From: an uncultured Acidimicrobiia bacterium
GTDB lineage: Bacteria; Actinomycetota; Acidimicrobiia; Spongiisociales; UBA5794
Reading direction: 5' to 3'
NCBI GenBank assembly: GCA_963704825.1
Contig: CAVPHV010000017.1
Location: 359,325 to 423,324 of the forward strand
DNA length: 64,000 nucleotides
Shown: positions 1-8,395 of the stretch, one piece after another
How positions within the stretch are numbered: the first letter of the stretch is position 1
Layout of the letters: every line of letters starts with the position of its first letter
Made by a program: the position numbers and the translations under genes
The notes under the pieces: model-generated
What the model was told of the DNA's origin: nothing
The model's database searches: none
What the model saw: only the letters and a program-made list of their open reading frames with translations

Positions 1-374
1 ATCGGCCGGGGATGCCGGTGACCGGCGGCCAACAACCCATCGCGGGCGCTCTCACCGAGCGGCCACGACGGAGGGGTCTGCAATGCGGACTCGTCGAGGC
101 CGACTTCGTTCAGCATCGAGCGGACGATGGCGACGTGGATGGGAAAGCCGCCGTGGCTCGCAGAGGCGATCGCCATCTGCTCTGGCTTCAAAGAAGCCCC
201 ACACTCTTGAGCGACGGTTGCCTGGATGGGCTTGATCGCCGACCGGTAGAAGAGTGGTTCGTCGGGGTCGCCCCACGCGGCGAGGACTCTGCCGGAGGCG
301 TCGAGGGCGATGGCCGTTCCGTCGAACGTCGACTCGATGAGGTCGGAGCGGACCGTGCGGGCAAGCGTGGTCAT
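1..374 (-). CDS. Asparaginase-II-family-like protein (PF06089-like). N-terminal about 124 aa only; the C-terminus runs off the window start. No stop in window, so it is absent from the ORF track.
   Basis: Minus-strand ATG at 374..372. Translation MTTLARTVRSDLIESTFDGTAIALDASGRVLAAWGDPDEPLFYRSAIKPIQATVAQEC... carries the G-x-P-D-x-x-(I/F)-(F/Y)-(P/R)-S-A-(I/V)-K-P-(I/L)-Q-A pattern typical of asparaginase II-type proteins. Same strand as the downstream minus-strand genes. Confidence 0.5.
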   Translation of the reverse strand, partial: MTTLARTVRSDLIESTFDGTAIALDASGRVLAAWGDPDEPLFYRSAIKPIQATVAQECGASLKPEQMAIASASHGGFPIHVAIVRSMLNEVGLDESALQTPPSWPLGESARDGLLAAGHRHPRP

Positions 375-427
375 CTGACTCGCTCGGCAAATCTCAGACC
401 AGTGCGGGCGGACCAGGTCACGGCCAC

Positions 428-889
428 TCAGTCGTGGGAGAGCAACTCGTCGACGTTGGCCAAGCCTTCTTGGTAGCGCCGGGTGATCTCTTCGAGGATG
501 ATCTCCATGGCCTCGTACACGTAGCGCCGCTGCCTCGAGATGTCCTCCTCGGTGGAGGTGAGCATCTCTTGGATCTCGTCGAGCTCGGCGTTGTCGATCG
601 TGGGGAGATGGGTGAGGAAGTCGTCGCCCAGAACCCGATCGATGGCGCGCCTGCCTTCGCCGGGGTCGGGAGGCTCGATCGGAAGGGGCTTGGCAACCTC
701 GGTGCGCAGCGGCGTTCCGATGTCACTTCCGGCCAGGATCTCGGGCAGGGCCTCGATGAGGCTCCTGGTTTCCTCGCCGGTGCGGCGGCGTTGCTCAAAC
801 GACAGCAGATCCATCCGACCGTGGAGCAAACGGCGGTAGTAGGAGAACTCGGTGTCGAGTTCGGCGCAGAGATCGCGGCGCGCCCGCAA
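428..889 (-). CDS. Conserved coiled-coil protein with two degenerate RsiG-type c-di-GMP-binding-like motifs (RsiG / 'aerial mycelium formation'-annotated family candidate).
   Basis: 153 aa. Contains DTEFSYYRRLLHGRMD and EEDISRQRRYVYEAME, which fit E/D-x3-S-x2-R-x3-(Q/H/Y)-x3-(D/E). Predicted helical, acidic. Confidence 0.5.
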   Translation of the reverse strand: MRARRDLCAELDTEFSYYRRLLHGRMDLLSFEQRRRTGEETRSLIEALPEILAGSDIGTPLRTEVAKPLPIEPPDPGEGRRAIDRVLGDDFLTHLPTIDNAELDEIQEMLTSTEEDISRQRRYVYEAMEIILEEITRRYQEGLANVDELLSHD

Positions 890-1046
890 TTCCTCGAGCG
901 ACTCCGCGGCGAGGTCCGCGGTGAACTCGGGATCCTTGACGATGTCGATGCGACGACGGGTCTGTTCCAGGGCTAATCCCTTTCTACGGGAGCTGGTGCC
1001 GGCACGCAGGGTACCAAGCCCGGAGATGATCTGGGGCCAAGTGGCG

Positions 1047-2138
1047 TCACCCGCAGTAATACCGGACCGTTGGGTACGGATTCACCGGGGCGCCACCACC
1101 GGGGTGAATCTGGAAATGGAGGTGCGGTGAGGTACCGATGGCGTTGCCGGTGTTGCCGACATATCCGATGGTTTGGCCGGTCGAGACCCGCTGTCCGGAC
1201 TTGATGCCGGGGGCGTAGCCGTCCATGTGGGCGTAGTAGAAGGAAAAGCCGTAATCGGTGTTGACCCTGGCGACGGTTCCGCCGAGGTTGTTGGTGTAGA
1301 GCCGGACCGACCCGTTGCCAACGGCGACGAGCGGCGTACCCCGGGCCGCGAACATGTCGGTGCCCTTGTGGGTGCGGCCTCCAGAGCGGGGGAATCCCCA
1401 GTCGTTGATGAATCCGACCTGTCCCTTGACCGGGCATACAAAACCCGGCGTTGCGGCGGGGGAGAGTCCACCTCCGGCTCCCTGGCGGCGGGTCAGCTCT
1501 GCCAGCTTGCGGCGCCGTTCTGCGGCCTGCCAGGCGGCGTAGGCTTCGCGTGCTTCGCGGTCTGCCGCGGCGTACGCGGTCGAGGCGGCGGCCTGCGCCG
1601 CATCGAGCCGGTCGACGACGGCTTGAGCCTCGTCGCGCAGCGTTTCCACCTCCGCCTGATTCCGGGCCAGTTGCTCGGAGAGCCTGCCCATTTCGCGGCT
1701 GACCGCATCGAGCCGGTCCAGATCGACGATGTCGTGTTCTGTCGCCCGGCTGATGAGTACTTGGCTGGTGAGCACTTCCTGGATGGACCCTGCTTCCAGG
1801 GCGACGTTCATGAGTTCGGCTCCGCCGTTCACGTAGGCGTCGATCACCAGTGAGCGAGCGCGATCCTCGAGGTCGATAGCTTCAGCCTCGTATTCCCCGA
1901 CGCGGTCGTAGAGGACGGTGATGCGCCAGTTGAGGTCTTCGAGCCTGCTGTTGATCTCTTGATACTCGAGGAGGGCGGCGTCGAGTTCCTCGTTGATGGC
2001 AACCAGCGTGGCCGCAGCCTCGTCTCGGGCCTGTTCGGTGCGCTCGACATCATCCCGGGTCTGCGCGCCGGCTGAGATGGGAATTGCGACCAGGACCGCA
2101 AAGACCAGGAGGATGGTGAGCGCGCGAAGACTTCGCAT
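1047..2138 (-). CDS. Secreted M23 (LytM-type) metallopeptidase with an N-terminal coiled-coil domain.
   Basis: Signal peptide MRSLRALTILLVFAVLVAIPISAGA (start chosen at the internal Met, 2138, of the 407-aa ORF). C-terminal M23 signature HxxxD...HLHF (GTDMFAARGTP...SPHLHFQIH). Long Ala/Glu/Leu-rich coiled coil in between. Confidence 0.8.
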   Translation of the reverse strand: MRSLRALTILLVFAVLVAIPISAGAQTRDDVERTEQARDEAAATLVAINEELDAALLEYQEINSRLEDLNWRITVLYDRVGEYEAEAIDLEDRARSLVIDAYVNGGAELMNVALEAGSIQEVLTSQVLISRATEHDIVDLDRLDAVSREMGRLSEQLARNQAEVETLRDEAQAVVDRLDAAQAAASTAYAAADREAREAYAAWQAAERRRKLAELTRRQGAGGGLSPAATPGFVCPVKGQVGFINDWGFPRSGGRTHKGTDMFAARGTPLVAVGNGSVRLYTNNLGGTVARVNTDYGFSFYYAHMDGYAPGIKSGQRVSTGQTIGYVGNTGNAIGTSPHLHFQIHPGGGAPVNPYPTVRYYCG

Positions 2139-2367
2139 CGGGCTCATATCGGTCGGCATGCTACCACTCACTCGGTTCTGGTTCATCGGTCCAGCCTTCA
2201 TACGCTGGGGGAACGGTGCTGCGAGCGGCCGGCAGCGGTCGGGAGGAACGTCCATCCATGGGTCATTCATCGGTGCAACATGGCGTCGGGTTCAGCAAGT
2301 CTTACAGAAATGTTTTTCGCGTTCTGGCCGGAGGAATCGTCCCACGATTGGATTCCGGGGGGCGGCC

Positions 2368-3363
2368 CTACGCAAAGACCGTGATTGCAGCCCAGAAGAG
2401 GGGAACCGCCACGATGGCTCCGTCGAACATCGTCAGGACCCCCGGGGCGCGCACGGTGTGAACGACGGGCCCGGAACGCACCATCGAGCCCAGGGTGCGG
2501 CCGGCGATGTAGCCGCCACCGACGGCAACGGCTGCGAGCATCACGGTCGCCAGGGGCAGGGTGTCGGTGGTCAGCGCCGCCACGAGGCCGGCGAGCAGGG
2601 CGCCGGCAATCGCGGCCAGGTTGGGGTCCATCATGGCGGTGTCTGGGGCAAACCGCTGGGCGGCCCAGGCGGCGAGACCGGTGATCGCGATGATCGCCAG
2701 CATCATCATGACCACCTCGCCTTCGTCGCGCAGCCGCAAGAGGATGATGCTTCCGGTGGCGAGGGCGGCGGTACTGCCGAGCACCAGGGTCACGGCGACG
2801 CTGTCGAGCGAGCGCAGCCGGTCATCGAACACCGACCAGGCCAGGATCACGCAGATCCCCACGGCGAGTCCTCCGGAAAATCCGTCATTGCCCCAGGCGT
2901 AGGCGCCGTTGCCGGCGGCGGCGGCGGCCAGAAAAGCGGGGATGGCACCAATGGCGAGGCGGCGCATGGCCAACACGTCGCGCACATCCCAAATCCACGC
3001 CAGGGCGACGACAACCACCACGAAGGTGAGGAGTTCGACCGACACAACATTGGCGACGACCACGGAGATCAGCAGGGCGAGGACGAGCAGCGCTTGCATG
3101 GTCTCCTGGGAGCTTGCGATGGCGGTGGCTCCCCCCGACACCGGCGGGATCAGAGCGATCTCGTCCTTGTCGTTGACGGTGGTGCTGTCGGTGGCTGGTT
3201 CACCGTTCACCCACACCTTGGCGACCTGCAAACCGCGCTCGAAGTTGGGTCCATACTCAGCGACGGCCGCGGAGACCACGGCGCCGACGGTCTCACCGGG
3301 AAGGTCGACAATCGACGTACCCGCAGCCTCACGTAGATTTGCAAACAGGCGGAGCTTTGCCAT
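2368..3363 (-). CDS. Fusion of an N-terminal MoaD/ThiS-like beta-grasp domain (ends in Gly-Gly) to a roughly 7-TM membrane domain with weak resemblance to the CdsA/CTP-transferase_1 family.
   Basis: N-terminus MAKLRLFANLREAAGTSIVDL...VWVNGEPA...DEIALIPPVSGG matches the MoaD pattern (LFFA.LRE..G, V.VNG, DE.A.-PPV-GG). An uninterrupted ORF continues into hydrophobic helices. ...GGGYIAGRTLG...APGVLTMFDGAIVAVPLF faintly resembles CdsA C-terminal motifs but the catalytic residues are not conserved. Confidence 0.65.
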   Translation of the reverse strand: MAKLRLFANLREAAGTSIVDLPGETVGAVVSAAVAEYGPNFERGLQVAKVWVNGEPATDSTTVNDKDEIALIPPVSGGATAIASSQETMQALLVLALLISVVVANVVSVELLTFVVVVVALAWIWDVRDVLAMRRLAIGAIPAFLAAAAAGNGAYAWGNDGFSGGLAVGICVILAWSVFDDRLRSLDSVAVTLVLGSTAALATGSIILLRLRDEGEVVMMMLAIIAITGLAAWAAQRFAPDTAMMDPNLAAIAGALLAGLVAALTTDTLPLATVMLAAVAVGGGYIAGRTLGSMVRSGPVVHTVRAPGVLTMFDGAIVAVPLFWAAITVFA

Positions 3364-3376
3364 CGCCAGGACGTTA

Positions 3377-4171
3377 CTACCGGTTCTGGCGGATATCCGC
3401 GCACCATAGTGCGCTCATGTCCGCCAAAACGGGGACGGGGTGGCTGGTCGCCACCGAACGCAGCACCGTGGCGCGGACCCTGCGCAGGATGGTCGCGCCG
3501 ATGGTGTGGTGTCGCCAGGTCAGCCCGGCCCGGCCGAGGCGGAAGGTCGCGGGATCGGTCTCTTCGAGGATGGCAACCAGGGCCGTCTCGGAAGCATGAT
3601 CGGCGGCGAGTGCGGCGGCTCCCACCATGTTGAGGATTCCGGGGCGATCTGTGGTGCGCACCACATGATCGAGGCCCCAGGCGACGAAGGGCACACCGGT
3701 GCGTTCGGAGTCGCTGATGAACCGAGCCGCAACTACCGAGTCCTGGGCGGATCCCGTCGCGACGTCGACCAGGGCGGCCACCGGTATCGCCATGGCAGTG
3801 GTCGCTTCGGCAATCCCTGCCCGCCCCGGTGGAGCGGCAAGGACGATGCGAGCGGCTGGTTCCATCGCCGCCGAGAATGCCTGCTTCGCGGTGACGGCCG
3901 CGCCGAGGTCGCCGTCGATAACGATGGTGATCGGCCACGAGGCCTCGGTGGCGGCCATCGTGGTCACCAGCTCCCCCGACAATTCGATGAGCCGAGAGGC
4001 GGGGCAGAGGAAGCTTCCCAGTACGGGGGCTGCGGTGGTGGCACGAGCGGCTCGGTAGCCGGCGACGGCGTCGCGCAACGCCGGCTGATCGGGGCCGAGC
4101 ATGCTGGCGTCGTCGATCAGCGATACCAACAGGTCTCGGCTCGCGTTTGGTAGCGGCAGACGGCTGGACAT
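3377..4171 (-). CDS. Hypothetical protein (264 aa), Ala-rich, co-operonic with the MoaD-membrane fusion gene.
   Basis: Start at internal ATG 4171 with an AGGAG-like SD 6-10 nt upstream. There is a 14-nt gap to the downstream gene. No family recognised by eye. Confidence 0.5.
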   Translation of the reverse strand: MSSRLPLPNASRDLLVSLIDDASMLGPDQPALRDAVAGYRAARATTAAPVLGSFLCPASRLIELSGELVTTMAATEASWPITIVIDGDLGAAVTAKQAFSAAMEPAARIVLAAPPGRAGIAEATTAMAIPVAALVDVATGSAQDSVVAARFISDSERTGVPFVAWGLDHVVRTTDRPGILNMVGAAALAADHASETALVAILEETDPATFRLGRAGLTWRHHTIGATILRRVRATVLRSVATSHPVPVLADMSALWCADIRQNR

Positions 4172-4460
4172 GGGGACTCCTGGGATGGCCGGCGCCGGTG
4201 GCGAAGTCGTCGGTACGGTAACGAAGAACGGGGGCATGACGCGGGTTGAACCAGTGACTAGCCCAATTGGCACTGCTCACAAACCTCTTTGCCCCCTCAG
4301 GTAGTCACGGATACGGTGATGGTGGTGCAGGGACAACACCCTTGGTGGGTGGGGCGGGGCGACCGGTGGGCACGGTCGAACCTGACGGGGAGGTAGACGT
4401 GGAGATCAGGAGCAGACACACGGGGATGACATGCCCCGTTTTGGATAGGACGCCGCCAGC

Positions 4461-5174
4461 ATGACAACGCAGGCTCGCTCCGCCACCAATGTGACCCTGC
4501 CGTTGCATGCGCTCTTCGAGGCCATGTCCGACGGTGTCCTGATCATCGACGCCGCCGGCGTCCGCACCTACGCCAACCCGGCGCTGACCGAGCTTCTGGG
4601 CTGTGATCCGCGTGAGCCGTTGGGTTCGAGCGAGGTGCCGCCGTGGATTCCCGAGGATCAGCGCACCCGCTATCGCGACTACGTCGGTGACGGATCGCGC
4701 GCCGTGCGCAGCGCCACGATCGCCCTCGAATGGGCTGTCATCGACGCCAGCGGCGAGCGAATCCCGGTGGTGCTGCGGCTGCTCCCGGTGCGAGCTTCGA
4801 TGGGTTCGCCGGCCGCCACGCTGTGGATGGTGCAGCAAGAGGCTCCGGTAGCTCCGGCGTCGGAAGCTGTCGCCGGCCGGGTCCACCTCCTGGAGAAGGG
4901 GCTGGAGCGGATCGCTTCAGACCTTGCCAGGCTAGGGTTTGCCGGCAACGGCGCTCCTCGGCCCACTGCGGGGTTCCCCGGTGCGGAGCGCCTGTCGCCA
5001 CGCGAGTCGGAGATCGTCGGACTCCTGCTCGAGGGTCATCGAGTCGTGTCCATCTCCACCGAGCTTTGTGTCAGCGAACACACGGTGCGCAACCACCTCA
5101 AGTCTGTCTTCCGCAAGCTCGGCGTGCATTCCCAGGCCGAATTGGTGCGGCGGGCTCGCAACGGCTCCTCCTGA
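4461..5174 (+). CDS. PAS domain / LuxR-family (GerE-type HTH) transcriptional regulator.
   Basis: N-terminal PAS-like segment (LFEAMSDGVLIIDAAGVRTYANPALTELLG). C-terminal LSPRESEIVGLLLEGHRVVSISTELCVSEHTVRNHLKSVFRKLGV is a LuxR HTH. Transcribed divergently from the 4171 gene. Confidence 0.8.
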   Translation: MTTQARSATNVTLPLHALFEAMSDGVLIIDAAGVRTYANPALTELLGCDPREPLGSSEVPPWIPEDQRTRYRDYVGDGSRAVRSATIALEWAVIDASGERIPVVLRLLPVRASMGSPAATLWMVQQEAPVAPASEAVAGRVHLLEKGLERIASDLARLGFAGNGAPRPTAGFPGAERLSPRESEIVGLLLEGHRVVSISTELCVSEHTVRNHLKSVFRKLGVHSQAELVRRARNGSS

Positions 5175-5221
5175 GCTGACCTGACGGGAACCGATCAGCG
5201 CGTGGTGTCGTTGCCATCGTT

Positions 5222-5683
5222 GTGACCGCCATCACCTTGAGCACGATGTCGATCGAGGACTGTCCTGCGGTTGCCGAGTTGTGTTTCGAATTGGGCTACA
5301 ACGTGACCGCGACCCAGGTGGAAGAGGCCTGGGTGAGTCTGCAGCCCAACCGGGACGCGGTCGTGCTGGTCGCCGTCTCGGATGGCAAGATCGTTGGCTG
5401 GGTTCAAGGCACAATCTCGACCTCCATCCAAACCGGCCGCTTCCTCGAGGTCGGTGGCCTTGTGGTCACGACCGGGCAGCGCGGCACCGGCGTCGGTCGC
5501 CGATTGCTGGCGGGGGTTGAGGCGTGGGCCGCGGCCAGAGGGCTTGATCGGGTGCGGCTGCGATCCAATGTGGTGCGCCGGGAAGCGCACACGTTCTACG
5601 AGAGAATCGGCTACGAGAGGGAGAAGACCTCCTACACGTTCTCCAAGTCTGTTGGCGTCGAGCTGCCAGACTGCGGTCGATGA
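5222..5683 (+). CDS. GNAT-family N-acetyltransferase.
   Basis: Motif A (Q/R)xxGxG: GQRGTGVGRRLLAGVEAWAAARG; C-terminal ...FYERIGYE. Confidence 0.8.
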   Translation: MTAITLSTMSIEDCPAVAELCFELGYNVTATQVEEAWVSLQPNRDAVVLVAVSDGKIVGWVQGTISTSIQTGRFLEVGGLVVTTGQRGTGVGRRLLAGVEAWAAARGLDRVRLRSNVVRREAHTFYERIGYEREKTSYTFSKSVGVELPDCGR

Positions 5684-6576
5684 GCCGCACCATCACCATC
5701 GTCGAGTCGGGGCCGCGCGACGGCCTGCAGAGCGAGCAGCGGGTTCTGCCCACCGTCGACAAGGTCGAGATGATCAACCGAATGGTGGCGGCCGGGGTTG
5801 CCCGGATCGAAGTCGCTTCTTTTGTGCATCCCCGCCTCGTACCCCAGATGGCCGATGCCGAGGAGGTGGTCGCCGTCCTCGGCCCGAGCCCGGCCCATGC
5901 GTCGTATTCGGGGCTCGTGCTGAACCGGCGCGGCTTGGACCGGGCCCTGGCAACGACGGTGGACGAGATCGGGTTTGTCGTAGCCGCCGCCGAGGGATAC
6001 AACCAGGCGAATCAGCGAGCGTCGGTCGACCAGACCATGGCTGAGATCGAGGCAATGATCCCCGAAGCACACGGCGCCGGCCGGTTCGGCAGTGTGACCA
6101 TCAGCGTCGCCTGGGGTGATCCGTATGACGGTGAGGTGCCCATTGCCAACGTCGTGGAGCTGGCGGCACGTGCCGCCGCAGCGGGCGCCGACGAGGTTGC
6201 GCTCGGCGACACCATCGGGGTCGCTGTGCCGGCGACCGTGGCGGCGGTCCTCGGCGCCATCCAGAATGCGGTTCCGGATCTGGCGTTGCGCTGTCACTTT
6301 CACAACACTCGGCAGACCGGGCTCGCCAACGTGGTGGCTGCGCTCAACGCCGGGGTCACCGTGTTCGACACCTCGGTCGGAGGCATCGGCGGGTCGCCGT
6401 TTGCACCCGGCGCCGGCGGCAACGTGGCTACCGAGGACCTCCTGTTCCTGGCATCCCGCAGCGATCTGGAAACGGGAGTCGACCTCGCGGCCACGGTGCA
6501 CACGGCTCGCTGGCTCAGCGAACGGCTCGGCCACGAACTCCCCGGGTCCGGTCACCGCCTCGATCCGTGGCCGTAG
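5680..6576 (+). CDS. Hydroxymethylglutaryl-CoA lyase (HMGL-like family).
   Basis: Hallmarks ESGPRDGLQ, DTIG, HFHNTRQTGLANVVAAL and GGIGGSPFAPGAGGNVATEDL. Its ATG overlaps the GNAT stop by 4 nt (ATGA). Confidence 0.85.
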   Translation: MSRTITIVESGPRDGLQSEQRVLPTVDKVEMINRMVAAGVARIEVASFVHPRLVPQMADAEEVVAVLGPSPAHASYSGLVLNRRGLDRALATTVDEIGFVVAAAEGYNQANQRASVDQTMAEIEAMIPEAHGAGRFGSVTISVAWGDPYDGEVPIANVVELAARAAAAGADEVALGDTIGVAVPATVAAVLGAIQNAVPDLALRCHFHNTRQTGLANVVAALNAGVTVFDTSVGGIGGSPFAPGAGGNVATEDLLFLASRSDLETGVDLAATVHTARWLSERLGHELPGSGHRLDPWP

Positions 6577-6634
6577 GCGCCGTCCCGGAATGTCCTGTGG
6601 TTTGGCATACTGGAGGTGACGACGAGGAGCGCCG

Positions 6635-7177
6635 ATGGCTGAACTCGAATGGGAGCCGATGGATGGTGGCTACACGAGTGGGCGCTATCACATTGCTCCG
6701 CTCGACGGTGGCTCCAAGCACCATTGGCGGTTGTTCACGATTGACCATTCGGTTCCGGCCGCCGACTTCAAGACGCTGAGCATTGCCCGGCAAGCGGCCG
6801 TGGGATTGGAGCGAGCCCGCATCCGTCGCTCCCGGATTCTGACGGATCTGACCGTCGGCGTTGCCGCCGCAATCGTCGCCGTGGCGGCAGGTGCGGTCAT
6901 GAAGGAGCTTCTCGGGTTTGTCGTGATGATGGCGGCGGTTTGGCTTGCTGTGCGCTCGTTCGTCGGCGCGATGTCCGAGCATCTCGGCGATGCCTGGAGC
7001 TGGAATCGCGCCCCGGGAACCCCGCGGCGGATCACCCCGTTCGATCGAGCGTGGGCCGGGGTGGTCGATACGACCAAGGACAAGGTCGTCGAACGGATCA
7101 GTGTCGTCGCGCAGGACAGTTCCGGCGCCGGCGCCGAGCCCAAGATTCGTATCCTTCCTCCCGAGCCGCCCGGGTAA
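6635..7177 (+). CDS. Hypothetical membrane-anchored protein (180 aa).
   Basis: Two central hydrophobic helices (LTVGVAAAIVAVAAGAVMKELLGFVVMMAAVWLAV). No recognisable motif. Confidence 0.45.
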   Translation: MAELEWEPMDGGYTSGRYHIAPLDGGSKHHWRLFTIDHSVPAADFKTLSIARQAAVGLERARIRRSRILTDLTVGVAAAIVAVAAGAVMKELLGFVVMMAAVWLAVRSFVGAMSEHLGDAWSWNRAPGTPRRITPFDRAWAGVVDTTKDKVVERISVVAQDSSGAGAEPKIRILPPEPPG

Positions 7178-7188
7178 CCTGCCGGGCC

Positions 7189-8046
7189 ATGACTTCGGTT
7201 CCGATTTCCTTTCTGTCCGACTTCGGGCACGCCGACGAGTTCGTCGGCGTGGTGCACGGTGTCGTCGCCCGCATCGCCCCCGAGGTGCGGGTCATCGACG
7301 TGACCCATGGCATCCCGCGCGGCGACGTCCGAGCCGGAGCGCTGGCTTTGCTGCGGGCCATCCAATACCTGCCGGGCGGCGTGGCTCTCGCCGTGGTTGA
7401 TCCCGGAGTGGGTGCCGGACGGCGTGGCATCGCGGCCCGCACCGAGTGGGGCTACTTCGTTGGCCCCGACAATGGTTTGCTGGCGCCGGCCGTGGCGATG
7501 GTGGGCGGCGCCGACATGATCGTTTCGCTGGAGAATCCCGAGCTGCGCCTTCCCGCCGAGGGTGCCACTTTCGACGGCCGGGATCTGTTCGGCCCGGCCG
7601 CGGCGGTGCTCGCCTCGGAGCAGGCGGATTTCGAAGACCTTGGCCCGGCCGTTGCGCTCGAGACGGTCATGCCGCTCATGATTCCGTTGGTCGATGTGGC
7701 CCCCGGTCGGGTCGAGGGCCGGGTGCTGTGGGTTGATCACTTCGGCAACGCCCAAACCAATATCGCCCCCCACGACCTCGCCGCGGCGGGGCTGGCCAAA
7801 GGCGACGATTTGGTGCTGCGGATCGGGGCGATGGAGTTCCCGATCGGCTGGGTCGATGCCTACGGCGATGTCGCTTCAGGCGAAGGCCTGCTCCACATCG
7901 ACTCCTACGGCCAGCTGGCCGTTGCGGTCCGGGAGGGACGCGCCGATGACAAGTATCCGCTGGAGGCAAACCTCGTTGTGACGGTCAAGGCGCCGGCGGA
8001 CGAGCCCGGCCGGGTCGACATTCAGGGCGTTGCCCCGGCCAGGTAG
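7189..8046 (+). CDS. S-adenosyl-L-methionine hydroxide adenosyltransferase (DUF62; fluorinase/chlorinase-like SAM hydrolase family).
   Basis: Start at internal Met MTSVPISFLSDFGHADEFVGVVHGV... (SDFG..D.FVG signature). C-terminal HIDSYGQLAVAV. The N-terminal 83 aa of the longer ORF 6940.. overlap the upstream gene and were discarded. Confidence 0.8.
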   Translation: MTSVPISFLSDFGHADEFVGVVHGVVARIAPEVRVIDVTHGIPRGDVRAGALALLRAIQYLPGGVALAVVDPGVGAGRRGIAARTEWGYFVGPDNGLLAPAVAMVGGADMIVSLENPELRLPAEGATFDGRDLFGPAAAVLASEQADFEDLGPAVALETVMPLMIPLVDVAPGRVEGRVLWVDHFGNAQTNIAPHDLAAAGLAKGDDLVLRIGAMEFPIGWVDAYGDVASGEGLLHIDSYGQLAVAVREGRADDKYPLEANLVVTVKAPADEPGRVDIQGVAPAR

Positions 8047-8122
8047 AGCTGCCAGAGGAAGGCGCCGACGATGAGCACCAGGAGTCCGACGATGACGGCG
8101 GCGGTGACGGGTCGCATGAGCC

Positions 8123-8395
8123 GTGGACGATAGCGGCGCCGGCTCCCCAGCCGGTGGCCACGACTTCACCTTCCTCACCAGGCAAGGGTGCCCGATGTGC
8201 GACGAGGCCCTGGAACTCGTCCGGCGTCATGCCCGCGGCTCGGTCGAGGTGGTTGACGTCGACCTCGACCTCGACTTGCTCGAGCGCTACAACGAACTTG
8301 TTCCGGTCGTGCTCGACGCAACGGGGCGGGTGCTGGCGACCGGGCCGCTCAGCTCTGGACAGGCAAAGCGTCTGGTGCGCCGGTTCAACCGCTGA
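8123..8395 (+). CDS. Glutaredoxin-like / thioredoxin-fold protein (DUF836-like), GTG start.
   Basis: F.F.TRQGCPMCDEALELV...VEVVDVD...ERYNELVPVV has a CPxC active site and a glutaredoxin-family pattern. The last about 19 codons lie inside copy 1 of the 56-bp tandem repeat. Confidence 0.65.
   Translation: MDDSGAGSPAGGHDFTFLTRQGCPMCDEALELVRRHARGSVEVVDVDLDLDLLERYNELVPVVLDATGRVLATGPLSSGQAKRLVRRFNR

Noticed and set aside
12-476. 154-aa plus-strand ORF at the window start.
   Set aside because: It is antisense to the asparaginase-II-like reading frame, which shows a specific family motif. The plus ORF product is Arg/Gly-rich with no motif.
1078-1110. Inverted repeat GATTCACC...GGTGAATC that could be a terminator/operator.
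   Set aside because: It lies inside the M23 peptidase CDS, and the symmetry arises from coding ...IHPGGGAPVNP.... There is no U-tract and no intergenic location.
1993-3336. 447-aa ORF on the plus strand, the longest in that region.
   Set aside because: It is antisense to the MoaD-membrane fusion gene. The product is Gly/His/Asp/Arg-rich low complexity with no motif, which is typical of a spurious high-GC antisense ORF.
6940-7188. Upstream 83-codon extension of the DUF62 ORF (ORF track start 6940).
   Set aside because: The extension overlaps the 3' third of the preceding gene and is Arg-rich junk. The family-typical N-terminus (MTSVPISFLSDFG) begins at the internal ATG 7189.
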